The notes beneath the pieces were generated by a model. That model was not told the origin of the DNA and searched no databases. It saw only the letters and a list, made by a program, of their open reading frames with translations. Shown here one piece after another: positions 1 through 13,124 of a stretch of DNA of 64,000 bases. A program made the position numbers and the translations under genes. Source of the stretch: Squalus acanthias (taxonomy: Eukaryota); assembly GCA_030390025.1 (NCBI GenBank), contig CM059432.1:148988001-149052000 (forward strand), read 5' to 3'. Position 1 is the stretch's first letter. Each line of letters starts with the position of its first letter.

Positions 1-69
1 TAATTTTATGTGGTTTAACGGCACAATAGACAAACAATGCAGCTTAATTCAAAACGTGCAGGGTCTTAC

Positions 70-126
70 CTCACGTAATTCTCCAATCCTACGCAGGGCT
101 TTATCCTGACCCTGACTCAAAACTAC
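70..126 (-). CDS. GOLGA4: GOLGA4 coding exon (VVLSQGQDKALRRIGELRE); gene continues beyond the window
   Basis: Acceptor ctgcttttAG, donor GAG|GTAAGA, 57 nt. Matches the recalled mammalian GILSQSQDKSLRRIAELRE. Confidence 0.92.
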
Positions 127-813
127 CTAAAAGCAGTGGGTAGAAAATATTTTAGAATCAATGTACAGGATATGCAGATATAAACAGTTTCACGAATTAA
201 CTATTCTCCATTTTGGATTTCTCTATGTTGAAGCAAGCTGTATTTTTCCTCGTCGTTTTTAACATTCCTATGCACAATAAGATTGTTAAATAACAGGGTT
301 TAAGTAAAATAGTAAAATGAAGTTGTGCTTTTGAATATTTCATTGTACATAATATTTAACTGTTGGGCTGTAAAATAATTTATACTTACAATTTAGGTCA
401 TTTTTTCATTGATGTTTTACAAGCATGCTTCTCACAAAACTATGTATGTGTTATGACAGACAAATTATCAACGCATAAGTCAGTAATGTCACACGTGACT
501 GACTCAGAACAGGCTTACCGAAGCAGAGACTAAGTAGATACAAAAGTTCTGAAAACTATGCTCTGCAGCTTCATCTGCCTTACGTGGTTACAGAGTAAGG
601 TTGATTGATTTGACTGCAAAATTTGCACTGCGGTTTTTAACTGCAATCAAACCAAGTCAGATTTCTCACCACTGAACTCTATTAAGCTGAGAGCATTTCT
701 TGCAAGAGCTACCTCTGCAGATTTCATCACACACTATTCTTTGCGCATTCCAAGTACTGCATGTAATATTAACATTTAAACTACTGAAGAAAGATGGTCT
801 CATTAAAAGCTGA

Positions 814-992
814 GAAGTCGCACAACACTAGGTTATAGTCCAACAGCTTTATTTGAAATCACAAGCTTTCGGAGCACTGCTCCTTCGTCAGGTGAAGTCA
901 CCTGTGATTTCAAATAAAGCTGTTGGACTATAACCTGGTGTTGTGCGACTTCTCACATTTGTCCACCCCAGTCCAACACCGGCATCTCCACA
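814..992. mobile_element. Penelope-derived palindromic mini-element with a hammerhead ribozyme
   Basis: 53-bp inverted arms at 811-863 and 903-955. Flanking direct repeat TCATTAAAAGCTGA at 800-813 and 993-1006. Confidence 0.8.
860..894 (-). ncRNA. Minimal type I hammerhead ribozyme motif
   Basis: Minus strand reads CAC-CTGACGA-A-GGAGC-AGT-GCTCC-GAAA-GCTT-GTG: intact CUGANGA/GAAA core, 5-bp helix II, CAC/GTG helix I, palindromic AAGCTT helix III. Confidence 0.7.
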
Positions 993-1466
993 TCATTAAA
1001 AGCTGACCATATTTATTTTATCCAGAGATCACTCAAAACTTGTTTCCAGTACTTGGAGGGGTGGCCAGGAAAGAAGATATTTTCCTTGTCAAGCTGAAGG
1101 ATGTAAGTGCTAAAAATAGAACATTTTCCCATTTTCTGCACCTGAAACCAGGTCAGGTATAGCATGTGCCAGATCTCAAGGAGATTACCAAGTACCACAC
1201 CTCAACCCTTATCTCAAAGCACATTCTACCGCAGCCATATTTACATTTCCTTCCCCAGGCAGTATTTTTTTTTTATCATGCCCAAAAACTAAGGAGGAAA
1301 TAACTCCTTGCTTGCTGCAACACCCAGTCCCTGGAACCAAACTGAGTACTGAAAAACTTGGACAGCACACTTATATTCAGAACTATTTACCCTTAGTCAC
1401 CAGTTTGATGACTGATCATTGGGCTGTGGTCTATAATGGGTTAATGCAGCTGGAATCTTCATTTAC

Positions 1467-1514
1467 CTGCATTTTTTCTTTGTCTCTCTGTAAAGTTCGA
1501 TAGGCAGTGACTAA
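1467..1514 (-). CDS. GOLGA4: GOLGA4 coding exon (LVTAYRTLQRDKEKMQ)
   Basis: Acceptor tttttgttctttcAG, donor CAG|GTAAAT, 48 nt. Matches the recalled mammalian LVTAYQMLQREKKKLQ. Confidence 0.92.
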
Positions 1515-1683
1515 CTGAAAGAACAAAAATATATTTATGAAAATGCTCAACATCAAAATTCTGTTCTAAACACATACATGCCCAAATGCATGGAATAAGC
1601 AACATAATGCTACAAATAATTGAATTGTCATACACAAAGAATCCAAATGTTTACATACTTCTAAAATTCTACAGGAAACATTA

Positions 1684-2200
1684 ACAACTTGCATTTATAT
1701 TAACACTATTAACATAGCAAAAGTTCCAAGGCGCTTCACAGGAGTATTATCAGATAAAATTTGACACCAAGCCACATAAGGAAACATTGGGACAGGTGAC
1801 CAAAAACTGGGTCACGGTTTTAAGGAGCGTCTTAAAAGAAGAGAGAAAGGTAGAGAGGCGCAGAGGTTGAGGGTTCCCAATATTTAATTAGAGGAAATTT
1901 CTGCTCATCCAATACTGGATGTCGGACAATCAACGTGACAAATCACAGGTATTGGAGGGGGTTGAGAGAGGTGGTAGTGAGGTAGAACTGGGTGTCATCA
2001 GCATACATGTGCAATCTGACGTGTTTCAGATGATGTCGCCGAAGGGCAGCATGTAGATGAGAAATAGGAGGGGCCAAGGGTGGATCTTTGGGGTATCCAG
2101 AGGTAATGGTGCGGGAAGAGAAACCATTGCAGGTTCAATTTTGGACTTGTGGGAAAGGTGGCAACGGGTTTTGGAGGCGACAACACATTCAAGGACTTTG
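1684..2200 (-). mobile_element. L2-type LINE 3' fragment, followed by a CR1 tail at 2207-2445 (+)
   Basis: 3' end matches the one at 35095-35154 (GTGAAGCGCCTTGG...AAGTTGT); FPHHYLWIPQ.S.LGP RT remnant. Confidence 0.7.
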
Positions 2201-3250
2201 GAGACTTTACCCAGAGAGTGGTTAGAATGTGGAACTTGCTACCACATGGAGTAGTTGAGGCGAATAGTATAGATGCATTGAAGGGGAAGCTAGATAAGTA
2301 CATGAGAGAAAAAGGAATAGAAGGGTATGCTGATAGGGTTAGATGAAGTAGGGTGGGAGGCAGATCACGTAGAGCATGAACACTGGCACAGACTAGTTGG
2401 GCTGAATGGCCAGTTTCTGTGCTGTAAATTCTATGTAATTCTATGAGAGAGAATGGACGGTAGTTTGTAAGGACAGAAGGGTCAAGAGTGTCTTTTTTTT
2501 TTGAGGATGGGAGTGACGAAAGCAGATTTGATTAAGTATCTGTTTTCAAATATACTATTGGATATCCCACGATATTGCTCAAGGTGATTGAAAGGAGATG
2601 GAAGAAGTTTGAGAGAGATAGGAAAAGAGACAGTGAAGCAAGTGAATAGTGGGAAAGTGTTCTTTTTCAGTTACTTCCTGGAAAATTTGAGCCAATCAGA
2701 AAATTAGAGCTTTTTGGGGGTGAGGAGACATTTAAAGTATGATGTGTATTATCCACAAGATTTAAATTATTACTGATGGAACTCCCATGGCAGTACTCAC
2801 ATCATGCTAGAAGATACACTGTCTTATAAGGGCAGGATTGTTAAACCATGTGACACACAACATCATATTCTGGTAAGGTGCAGCTGTGTTGCCCCTCAAA
2901 GGCCACAAAGACTAATTGCTGTGAACAGGAAAATCCTGAGTTTAATGAGGCCAAAGGCTTTCTTTCTTGCTTGTATTTTTTAAATAAAAGATGCTATTTG
3001 TTGATTGGTAGATTCCTGGCTACTTCATGGAGATACGCTACTGCTTCAGTGCACATAATACAGAACGAATCACGTGCAATTGCAACATTTTCAAGCTGGG
3101 CTACATGTGACATTTTGATACAGATAGATTTGCCTAGATTAACATCCTCAGTTTTACTGTTAGCTACAAATGTATTGAAATAACACTTTAGCATATCATT
3201 TGAAGATTGTTTCACATTCTTCAGTTTCACAGCTCTGCATATTCCCAATA

Positions 3251-3407
3251 ATGGAACTCCCTCCCTAACAGCACTGTGGGAGTACCTTCACCACAAGGGC
3301 TGCAAGAAGGCGGCTCACCACCACCTTCTCAAGGGCAATTAGGAATGGGCAATAAATGCTGGCCTTGCCAGCGGTACCCACATCCCAGGAACAAATATTT
3401 TTTAAAA
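3251..3407 (+). mobile_element. 3' tail of the LINE family seen at 33355-34380
   Basis: GGCTCACCACCACCTTCTCAAGGGCAATTAGG.ATGGGCAATAAATGCTGGCCTTGCCAGC is shared with 33370-33460 (-) and 44603-44709. Confidence 0.75.
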
Positions 3408-4800
3408 ATGTGATGCTGCAACTTTACAAATTCCACATTTAATACAGCATTCGACCCAAATTAGGAGCTTATACATTTAGTTGAATTTAATATATCACAT
3501 TATAGCTATGGAAGAACACTTCAAAATGTATGAAAGGAATGGGTCAGTGGAACAACAGTGCACTGTGCTGCGACAATGGAGGAAAACAAGTTCAACTCCC
3601 TACACTTGCTGAGTTTTTGATAGCTCCTGTAGCGCTGCTTCTAACTCAGGGACCAATGCGGTGTGCATCTACCACCTAGTTCAGAGCAACACAGGCAAAA
3701 GCATGGGACGAGGTTCCCTGCATTCTTGGCTGCAGGTGCTGGACGGACTGGGGGAAATCCAGGGGTATAAAAGAGAGAATTTTTATAAGCTCAACAAAAA
3801 GTTATGTAAACAATTACTGCACATCTCATTATGTATGCATTAAGAATTATACATTGGCTATGATGTCCAGTGTAATGCAATATCTTTTTTGAAAAAACAC
3901 TTTCAATCAGCACACGTAACCAGGTTTTAAACATCTGACACCACTCTACCACAAATTTCAGTTTATAAAACACTGCAAAAACCCTCCTCCTTTGCTTCCC
4001 CAAGGCTTTTATCATCAACTTTTTGATGCAATTAGTGGACTAAACATGTATATGCTTTTTTAATTCCTTTAATGGTGATTACTAGGGAATACAATTTAAA
4101 AAAATTAAAATCTTATTCCTCAGTAATAATTTATCATGCTCTGGAGAGGGGACCTTTTAAACTCGTGACGGAATCATTCGAAGAGGCTTTATTTAAAATT
4201 GACTTAGTCTCTATTCCTGATCCAATTTCTTTGGAATCAATGTGTGCAACTTAAGATTCAGGAATGCCCTTGGCTGTCTTGCATTAGAACAATATATTAA
4301 CCATGCAATAATCATGACACACGAGCAAAAAAAAGTTTGAAAGAATCTTCCTATATCCGCTTGAAGGCAGCAACTAATGCTGGGATAGGAAATCACAGAT
4401 ACCAGCAGCACTTCAATATATTGTCCAAATGGTTATTGTTCATGTTTAAGCCTGAGCAGTGAATATCAGTAGGCTATTTGGGCAATAACACTGAGCTAAT
4501 CCTGTCCTCAAATCATTTCAACATGTGCACTATCCCGCAGAAACCACTTAATAATGATTAGGAGCAAGGACCTTGGCTGATTTTTTTCCCTCCCTCGCCC
4601 AAGGATTCAGCAGCTAATTGTAGGCCCACTCTCCCCATGACACTGGTAATTACATCGTGGCTTATCACACCTCAGAAATGTCTCAAAGTCTTTCACATGT
4701 AGTTAATATTTGTGCAAAATGAGTAATTAATTTATCTGTTTCAAGTTGTGTTGGTTGAGGGATAAATGTTTGCCAAGATACCAGGAAAAGTTGCTGCTTT

Positions 4801-7165
4801 AAGAACATAAGAACACAAGAAATAAGAGTAGGCCATACAGCCCCTCGAGCCTGCTCCGCCATTCAATAAGAACATGGTTGATCTTCAACCTTAACTCCAC
4901 ATTCTCGCCCGATCCCCATATCCCTTGATTCCCTCAGAGTCCAAAAATCTATCGAGCTCAGCCTTGAATATACTCAACGACTGAGCATCCACAGTCCTCT
5001 GGAGTAGATAATTCCAAAGATTCACAATCCTCAGTGAAGAAATTTCTCCTCACCTCAGTCCTAAATATCCTGAGACTATGCCCCCTAGTTCTAGCCTCCT
5101 AGCTAGGGGAAACAGACACTCAGCATCTACCCTGTCAAACCCTCTCGGAATCTTATCTGTTTCAATGAGATCACCTCTCATTCTTTTAAACTCCAGAGAG
5201 TATCGGCCCATTCTACTCAATCTCTCCTCATTAGGACAACCCTCTCATTCCAGGAATCAATCAAGTGAACCTTCTTGCACCCCTCTAAGGCAAGTATATC
5301 CTTTCTTGGGTACGGAGACCAAAACTGTACACAATAGTCCAGGTGTGGTCTAACCAAGGCCCTGTACAATTGTAGCAAGACTTCCTTACTCTTGTACTCC
5401 AACCCCCTTGCAATAAAAGCCAACGTCCTATTTGCCTTCCTAATTACTTGCTGCACCTGCATGTTAACTTTGTGTTTCGTGTGCAAGGACACCCAAATCC
5501 CTCTGAACGCCAACATTTAATAGTTTCTCACCATTTAAAAAATATTCTATTTTTCTATTCTTCCTACCAAAGTGAATAACCTCACATTTCCCCATATTAT
5601 ACTCCATCTGCCACCTTATCGCCCACTCACTTAACCTGTTTATATCCCATTTCAGCCTCTTTGCGTCCTCCTCACAGCTTTCTTTCCCATCTAGCTTTGT
5701 ATCATCAGCAAAATTGAATACATTACACTCGGTCCCTTCATCCAAGTCATTAATATAGATTGTAAATAGCGGAGGACCCAGCACTGATCCTTGCGGCACC
5801 CCACTAGTTACAGCCTGCTAACTGGAATATGACCCATTTATCCCTACTCTCTGTTTTCTGTCCTTTAACCAATCCTCTATCCAATATATTATCCCCATCC
5901 CATGAGCCTTTATCTTGTGTAACAACCTTTCGTGGGGCACCTTATCAAATGCCTTTTGAAAATCCAAATATACTACATCCACTGGTTTCCCTTTATCTAT
6001 CCTGCTAGTTACATCCTCAAAAAACTCGAATAAATTTGTCAAACACGAGTTACCTTACATAAAACCATGTTGACTCTGCCTTATCATATAATGATTTTCT
6101 AAGTGCCCCATTACCACTTCCTTAATAATGGATTCTAGCATTTTCCCAACGACTGATGTCAGGCTAACTGGCCTCTAGTTCTCGTTTTCTCTCTCCCTTC
6201 TGTCTTGAAAGCGGTGTTAAATTTGCTACCTTCCAATCTGCTGGGACCGTTCCAGAATCTAGGGAATTTTGGAAGATTACAACCAATGCATCCATCATCT
6301 CTGCAACCAGCTCTTTTAGAACCCTAGAATGTAGGCCATCAGGTCCAGGGGATTTGTCAGCTTTTAGTCCCATTAGTTTCTCAGGTACTTTTTCTCTACT
6401 GATCTTCATTATTTAAGTTCCTCATTTTCATTAGCCCATTGGTTCCCCACTATTTTTGGTATGCTTTCTGTGTCTTCTTCTGTGAAGACAGGTACAAAAT
6501 ATTTGTTTAAAATCTCTGCCATTTCCTTATTCCTAATTATAATTTCTCCTGTCTCCGCCTCCAAGGGACCAACGCTTACTTTTGCTACTCTCTTCCCGTT
6601 TACATACTTGTAGAAGCTCTTATATTTCTTGCTGGTTTACTCTCATTCTATTTTCTCCCTTTTTATCAATTTTTTGGTCATCCTTTGCTGGTTTCTAAAG
6701 CTTACTACTATTCTTTGCAACATTATAAGCCTCTGCTTTTAATCTAACACTATCCTTAACCTCATTAGTTAGCCACGGATGGATCACTTTTCCCATGGAG
6801 TTTTTATTTCTCAATGGAATGTATATTCAGTGATAATTATTAAATATTTCTTTAAATATTCGCCACACCCTCATACCTTTTAATCTAATTTTCCCAATCT
6901 ACCTTAGCCAACACGCCCCCATACCTCTGCAATTGGCTTTAAGTTTAAGACTCTCATTTCAGACTCAAGTACGTCATTCTCTAACTTAATGTGAAATTCT
7001 ATCATTATGATCACTCTTCCCCAGAGGATCCCTTACTAAGAAATAACTAATTAACCCTGTCTCATTACACAAGACAAGGCTTAAAATAGCCTCTTCCTTG
7101 GTTGGTTCCATGACATATTGTTCTAGAAAACTGTCTCGAATGCATTGCATGATACCACAGTTGAC
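4801..7165 (-). mobile_element. CR1 LINE (end of EN, RT, 3'UTR), degraded
   Basis: Frameshifted fragments LGKSDHN, KSPGPDGLH, YLDFQKAFDKV, PQGSVLGP, FADD; TTCTTATG tail at 4801. Confidence 0.92.
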
Positions 7166-7182
7166 CTCAATGCTGTAAAAAT

Positions 7183-7442
7183 GGAGTACTGCATTGCCAA
7201 AGGTGCTAATATTTAGCGAGGCTTTAAACAAAAGGCCCGCCAGCCCATTCAGGTAAAAGAGGAACTGGGATGTTGTGTGTTCTGGCCAACATTCCTCCAT
7301 CAACCAGCACCATCATTCATCCCATTGCTGTTTGTGGTACCTTGCTCTGTGCAAAATGGCTGTTGCATTTGCTTATATAACACTTCAAAACAATTGATTG
7401 TATGTGAAGTACTTTGGGGTATTTGAAAGACTTAATAAGGCT
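7183..7442 (+). mobile_element. SacSINE1/Deu-domain-like SINE remnant
   Basis: CATTGCTGTTTGTGG...TTGCT.TG.GCAAA.TGGCTG and TGTGAAG.ACTTTGGG blocks recalled from Deu-SINEs. Confidence 0.6.
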
Positions 7443-7549
7443 TTTTACTTGTGGATTACAAGGGAATGGTTGTAGCCCACAGGAAAAACTGTGGCATCCA
7501 CAGAAAAATATAACGAATCTCGAAAATATATCATTTCAGTAGTTCTTAC

Positions 7550-7870
7550 CTCTGAATACTTCAATCTATAGTTGCTCAAGCTCCGCTCCATCCTGCGGAA
7601 TTGGTTGGAAGACGGGTCCTTACTAAGGCTCTCAAAGTTACCCGTAGAATCCTCTGCTTCACTTTCGATGTCCGACGATGGATCAAAGGCGGGACCAGAA
7701 CTTTGAACATCTGCATCAATTCGATTGAGGGAGTCTCTTGAGGCAGATCGCACTAGTGACTCTTTCGAAGGAGATTGGAAAAGGGCTTCTTTCGAAGAAG
7801 CTCGAAATAAAGACTCCATAGATGGAACACGAAGCTGAAGTTTTTGGGCAAAGGATTGCATCTCAGGTTT
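7550..7870 (-). CDS. GOLGA4: GOLGA4 coding exon (KPEMQSFAQKLQLRVPSMESLFR...RRMERSLSNYRLKYSE)
   Basis: QSFAQKLQLRVPS.ESLFR and RRMERSL..YR.KYSE are conserved GOLGA4 motifs. Acceptor ttctgttgtAG, donor GAG|GTAAGA, 321 nt. Confidence 0.95.
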
Positions 7871-8920
7871 CTACAACAGAAGAGACATTTTTCTCAAAGT
7901 GCCACAAAAATAACTTGATAAAATCTTAGAACAGAAGAGATAAAAGACATTTTTAACTAACCAAAATTTTTTTTATGTACTTGCTTTCAAGTACTTGTTT
8001 TGATTTGTCAAACATTTGCTTATTTTGAAATGCCAGTGACCGTTGCGTCATTTGTATCTGGACCCAGTATTAATTTCATGTCAAAACTGGTTTACCCTGA
8101 ATAAGAACCTCAGATTCAGATCTTACTTCTGCTACATAACACAAGGGACAAAATGTGGTTTTCATAATTTTATTAATAAAATCTGCCTTGAGCAGATACA
8201 ATTTTAATTAGTTTTCAGTCCATTATAAAAAAAGCTTCTAATTTGCTATTTCTACAATAAAAATCCCCCACATTGATTAAACTACTAATGGCTTGAAACT
8301 GGGCTCTTCAGTTCTTGCTGTGCAAACAGCTAATACACTCCTCTGAAATTACTTTGCTATTAACAGAAGCACAACCCAATTTAGAGCAGACGGTTTAACT
8401 CAGTAGAGAATTCTCCTTTTGACACCTTAAATCACATTGGCTGGAATTTTAACTGCAAAGAGTGGGTTTGGGAGCAGGTGGGAAGTTCAAAGCGCTGAAA
8501 TTGACAGTGCATCGGGAAGCCGGCTTCAACCCGCCGGCTTCCGTATATAACTGGAGCACGTTCAGCTGTGAGCGAGAAACCCCCCTCGGGAGAGGCGGGT
8601 TAGCAATTTAAAGCAATTGATAGCTAGTTAAGAGGCTATTAAGAGCCTTTTTTGCGTGGGGTTTCACGTTTTACTGTGCGCGCACAGGATTCCCGGGCTT
8701 CCTAAACCTCGCCAGTGCAAGCAAGGTGAGAGCACAGTGGCAATTGAGGAGGCTGAACAAATGACAGTCAAAAAATCCCACAAGTACTCGCATTTTCACA
8801 CCTGCTTCCTTGCTTCAGGGAAAGGCTTTTGCTCACACCACTTGTTCCGAGAGTTTGCTTTCAGGAGCTTGCAGGTGATTTCTACAACTTTGGAGCTCAC
8901 CCTCAGTACAGTGGAGAATT

Positions 8921-10002
8921 GTGCGTCTGATCTCGACTTTACATCTGTTATTTGTCAGATCAGCATGCTGTTTCACCTTGGACCTCATGAGGAACAGCAG
9001 CAGCCTTCTCACCAATCTGTCACTCTACAGGAAAGGGGATGAGCACAGGGGTGCAGCTCGCAGGAGGCAATACCCCCAACACAGGGTATATAGGCAGAGG
9101 ATCAGCTTCCTGGACATGACTGAACACCAGTGCCTCGGGAGACTCAGGCTATCGCGTCAGGTTGTGGCAGACATTTGTAGCCTGCTGGAAGAAGACCTGC
9201 TGTCAAATGGACCTGGTGGACATGTGTCATCAGTAGCTGTCAAAGTAACCACCGCCCTCAACTTCTTCGCCTCAGGCTCCTTCCAGGGCTCTGCAGGATC
9301 CACAGTCGACCGCCCACAAATGCTTCACCGAAGGGACCGACGCCATGTTTGCCAGGGCAGGCAGTTATCGACACTTTACCACTGATGAAGCCAGTCAGAA
9401 TGTCGGGCACTTGGGTTTGCGGCTCTGGCTGGCTTCCCACAGGTGCAGGGCATCACTGACTGCACACGTGGCCATCAAGGCACCCCCAGATTACCCAGGA
9501 GTGTGCGTGAACCGCAAGGGCTTGCCACTCCATCAATGTGCAGCTCTTCTGCAACCACAAAAAAGATCATGCACGTGTGTGTCGGATTCCCAGGGAGCTG
9601 TCGTGATTCATTCGTCCTGCGCCAGTCCACCCTCCTTCAGCTCTTTGCACCTCTGACCAGACTTACCAGCTGGCTGCTTGGAGACAAGGGGTATCCACGG
9701 AAGATGTGGCTGATGACACCCTTGAGGAGGCCAAGCAATGAGGCCGAAGAGCGCTACAATCAAAGCCAAATGACGACGAGTTGTGTAATAGAGCAATCGG
9801 GATGCTGAAGATGCGCTTCAGATGCCTGGACAGATCTGGAGGAGCTCTTGAATACGCACCAGCCAGTGTCTCCAGAATGATCGTGGAATGCTGCGCTCTG
9901 CACAACATGGCGCAGCAGCGAGGATTGGAGCTGCTGGAGGAGCAAAGTGCAGAGCTTCTTCTTCGGAGGAGGAGAAATTTTATGTGGACATGGCACCAGT
10001 AG
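8921..10002 (+). pseudogene. Harbinger (HARBI1-like) DDE transposase, frameshifted
   Basis: Motifs [45 protein letters not shown] and AIGMLKMRFRCLD spread over several frames. Confidence 0.9.
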
Positions 10003-10364
10003 CGGTACACATTGCTGCCCAGGATGGCCTCAAAACAGGATGATTTACATTAGGTTGCACCAGTGCACCCATCTTGTGCCCAGATGCTGATCCCGCTTTC
10101 CCGCCCGCCGCACCACCACCACCCCTGCCCAACCACAAACCAGTCCTACAATGACCAAACCAATCCTTTCACAGGCACCCATTGCTCACAGTTAAGTCAT
10201 GTCTTACCATTCATTACAAGTGACAAGGCCACTTGCCAGGCAACAGGCAAAAAATGGACAAGACGGGAAAGTGGTGCAAAGAAATAATTTTATGTGCTTC
10301 CAAATTCAACATAATCTTAACAGTGCAACATTGCCTAACACACCCAGGTGCATCAAGAATTCTG

Positions 10365-11622
10365 TCACCTTCCTCTTCCGACCACTTCTACGTCATGCAA
10401 CCCCTGTGACTTCAGCAAAGGTACAGGCAGGTTGCTCACTTCCCTGTTGACTGCTGAGATGCTTTTGGCCGACATCCTCTGGGTTTTGGAGCCCGTGAGG
10501 GCCCTGCCAAAGACTGCTCCTCCTGAAGCTATGCAGGGGCAGACCCAGTCATCGGGAGACGAGGCAGGATGTGGGGCTCTGACTGAGGGGGGGGGCAAAC
10601 GGGTGAGAAGTGGAAGCGCTTTGAGTAGAGTCCCCACTTCAACATCCCCTTTCACCATCATCCCTCTCATGGCCCACCTGTACTTCCCTGCTGGAAAGGA
10701 GCTGGAGAGCACTTGGGTGATGAACGGCCAAGTCTAGGTTTCTATCCATCTTTGTTAAGATGGCATTCAGAGTGAGCAAGCTGTTGGTGAGAGCAAGCGT
10801 GCGCTTGTTTGAATGGCACGTTTGATGCTCCCTGCACGTGGCTAACCTTTCCATGGACGAACACATCATAGCCATGGCCTGCGACATCATGCCAGTCATG
10901 CGCGAGATGGACATCTCCATTCTCCCTGCAAGCCAGCATGTCGCGGCTGGAAATCCTGCCAGAGCGCCTCTCATTTTTTGCTGCTCCTCCAGAATCATCC
11001 TCTTTGTCGACGGCCCCCCGAGGTTCAGCATCTTCGTCCAGCTGAGCAGAGCTTGGAGCGTCCTGCGGCCTCCTACGAGGCCTCTCCACTGCTGTCCCTG
11101 TCTGCACCATCTGCTCTTGCTCACTCGTGATCCGTGAGACACCAGGTGACAACACAACTATCTGACATAACAGTCCCACCGACGTGTGTGTATCTGCGCT
11201 GGTGCTTGCTGTGCATGCGTCCTGTGACAGTGCACCCTCAGTGTCAGCGAGCTCCTCTGAGGAGTCTTCTACCTTCTCTGGCTCGACTGGCTGTTGGACA
11301 CTTGATGGGCCTATGGAAGAGTAAAGACATGAATTAGAACTGTCACGATAAGAATGTTTCAGGTGAACATTATGCACATGATCATATTTCACTGGCTGCT
11401 GACATCAAGTCAACATGAGTGACTGTTGTATGCTATGTGGCTGTGTGATTTTTAATTCTGTCAGCAGGTAGCTGGAAGTTCCGTCTCTCCATCTCCCACT
11501 GCCATCAATGTCGATACACCAGTTATCTCTAGTGCCCCCCTCCTCTGCTGTAGTCAGCGTGGCGATGACTGGAGAGCCACCTCTGTTCCCTGCCTCTCCC
11601 GGGTGTTCTGTGCTCTCTTCTC
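10365..11622 (-). pseudogene. Downstream exons of the Myb/SANT-like ORF2 of the outer Harbinger
   Basis: Acceptor ccttgcAG|GAG AAG AGA GCA CAG AAC (EKRAQNTRER) at 11622 and a second acceptor at 11310. Acidic/Ser-rich then helical segment, convergent with the transposase. Confidence 0.65.
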
Positions 11623-12125
11623 CTGCAAGGAGGGAAATGAGAGACCTTTGAGTGAGAATCATGGGCTTCAAAATTCGGGGGTTTAGCACCGGCCATTAAG
11701 GCCCGTTTTGATGAAAAAATGGCATCCGACTCGCTTCCGGTGAGTCCTCCGGCAGCGGCAATTTTGCGACAAGTCGCTAGAGAAATGGAAATGAGGCAGA
11801 TCGTGATGTCAATGAGTGTGCAACGCTGATTTGACGCACGATCTGCCATTTTCGACGTCGCCAATCCAATTACCACCCTCTCTATCACAACCAGCTGACC
11901 AAGCTTGCAGCAGCAGGAAAAAGCCCCACCTGCGCTATTTAAAGGGATCAACAACAACTTGCAGCCGACATGGTTTCTCAGTTTTACTGGCTCTGTCTAA
12001 GTTTCAGCAACTCTTGGAGCTTTCTAAACTTGTTTAAAGTTGCTGAGGTGACAGGGAGTGATGCTGCAAGTGGAAAACGCCTTGCTTCTCATTTAAAGGC
12101 TTCTGCTCACACCACTTGCTCAGTC

Positions 12126-12830
12126 ATGGGGGGTCTGTTTGCAGTCCCCCTCGCGCTCGAGTATCTTCGGGAGAGGGAGCAGAGGCAGCAAAGAGGAGAA
12201 GATGCTCGCAGAGGGAGGAGGAGGAGGGCCAGGAGGGCTCTCAACAGGAGGCCTTACCCACCTAGGGTCTTCCGACAGCACTTCTCTCACCTCCACTTAA
12301 GCAAGGAGTAGTGTATTCGGAGGCTCCACTTCACCAAGGTCACAGAACTCTGCCACCTCCTGCAACCAGGCCTGCAGCCTCAGAGCAGGGTGACGACGGC
12401 TCTCCCAGTGGCCCTCAATTTCTTCACCAGCAGATCCTTCCAGTCTGCAGCAGAAGACATAGCTAACATCTCCCAGTTCACCATCCCTTGCTGCATCCGG
12501 GAGGCCACAGAGGCTCTCTACTCCAGGAGAAGGGACCTGGCTGATGACTCACCTCCACAACCCCACCACTCGTGGCCAGCACTCATATAATGACAGCCAT
12601 GCTGCCACCAGGAACATCATCGAGCACACCATCAGGGTGCTCAAGCAACAGTTCCCCAGCCTTGACCAATCGGGAGGAGCCCTCCAGTACTCGCCGGAGT
12701 GCGTATCCCATTTCGTGCTGGTCTGCTGCACGCTCCACAACTTGGCCATCATGAGGGTGCAGCCCTTGCCACCAGGGACTGCAAGACCACCAGAGGAGGA
12801 ATAAGAGGAAGAGGAAGGAGAGGGAGGGAG
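12126..12830 (+). pseudogene. Second Harbinger transposase, internally deleted
   Basis: RRPYPPRVFR, LPVALNFFTSRSFQ, then a jump to YNDSHAATRNIIEHTIRVLKQQFPSLD. The central catalytic region is missing. Confidence 0.85.
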
Positions 12831-13124
12831 GGAGGAGGCAGGCAGCAAATCCTCATTCTGGACGGGCTGTCCGTGAACGCTTCATCACACTCCAATTCCA
12901 GTGAATGAAACCCCAGATCCCCGTTGCGCATCACTTCCCCATCGTACCATCCCTGTGTCACGGAACGTCACAGCGTCCTCCTGGGCACAAAGCTGAAATG
13001 AGAGTCACCACAAAAAACACATTCCAAACAAAAATCATAAATTTATCCAAATGCAATCAAAATAACAATATCAACTATTCACCCGTGTGCATTCCCTGAG
13101 TGTCTGTCTTTCGTGTATCTTTAC

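Noticed and set aside
8921..10002. Host gene HARBI1
   Set aside because: It is frameshifted, lies within TIRs with a TSD and is paired with a Myb ORF, so it is a transposon copy rather than the domesticated gene.
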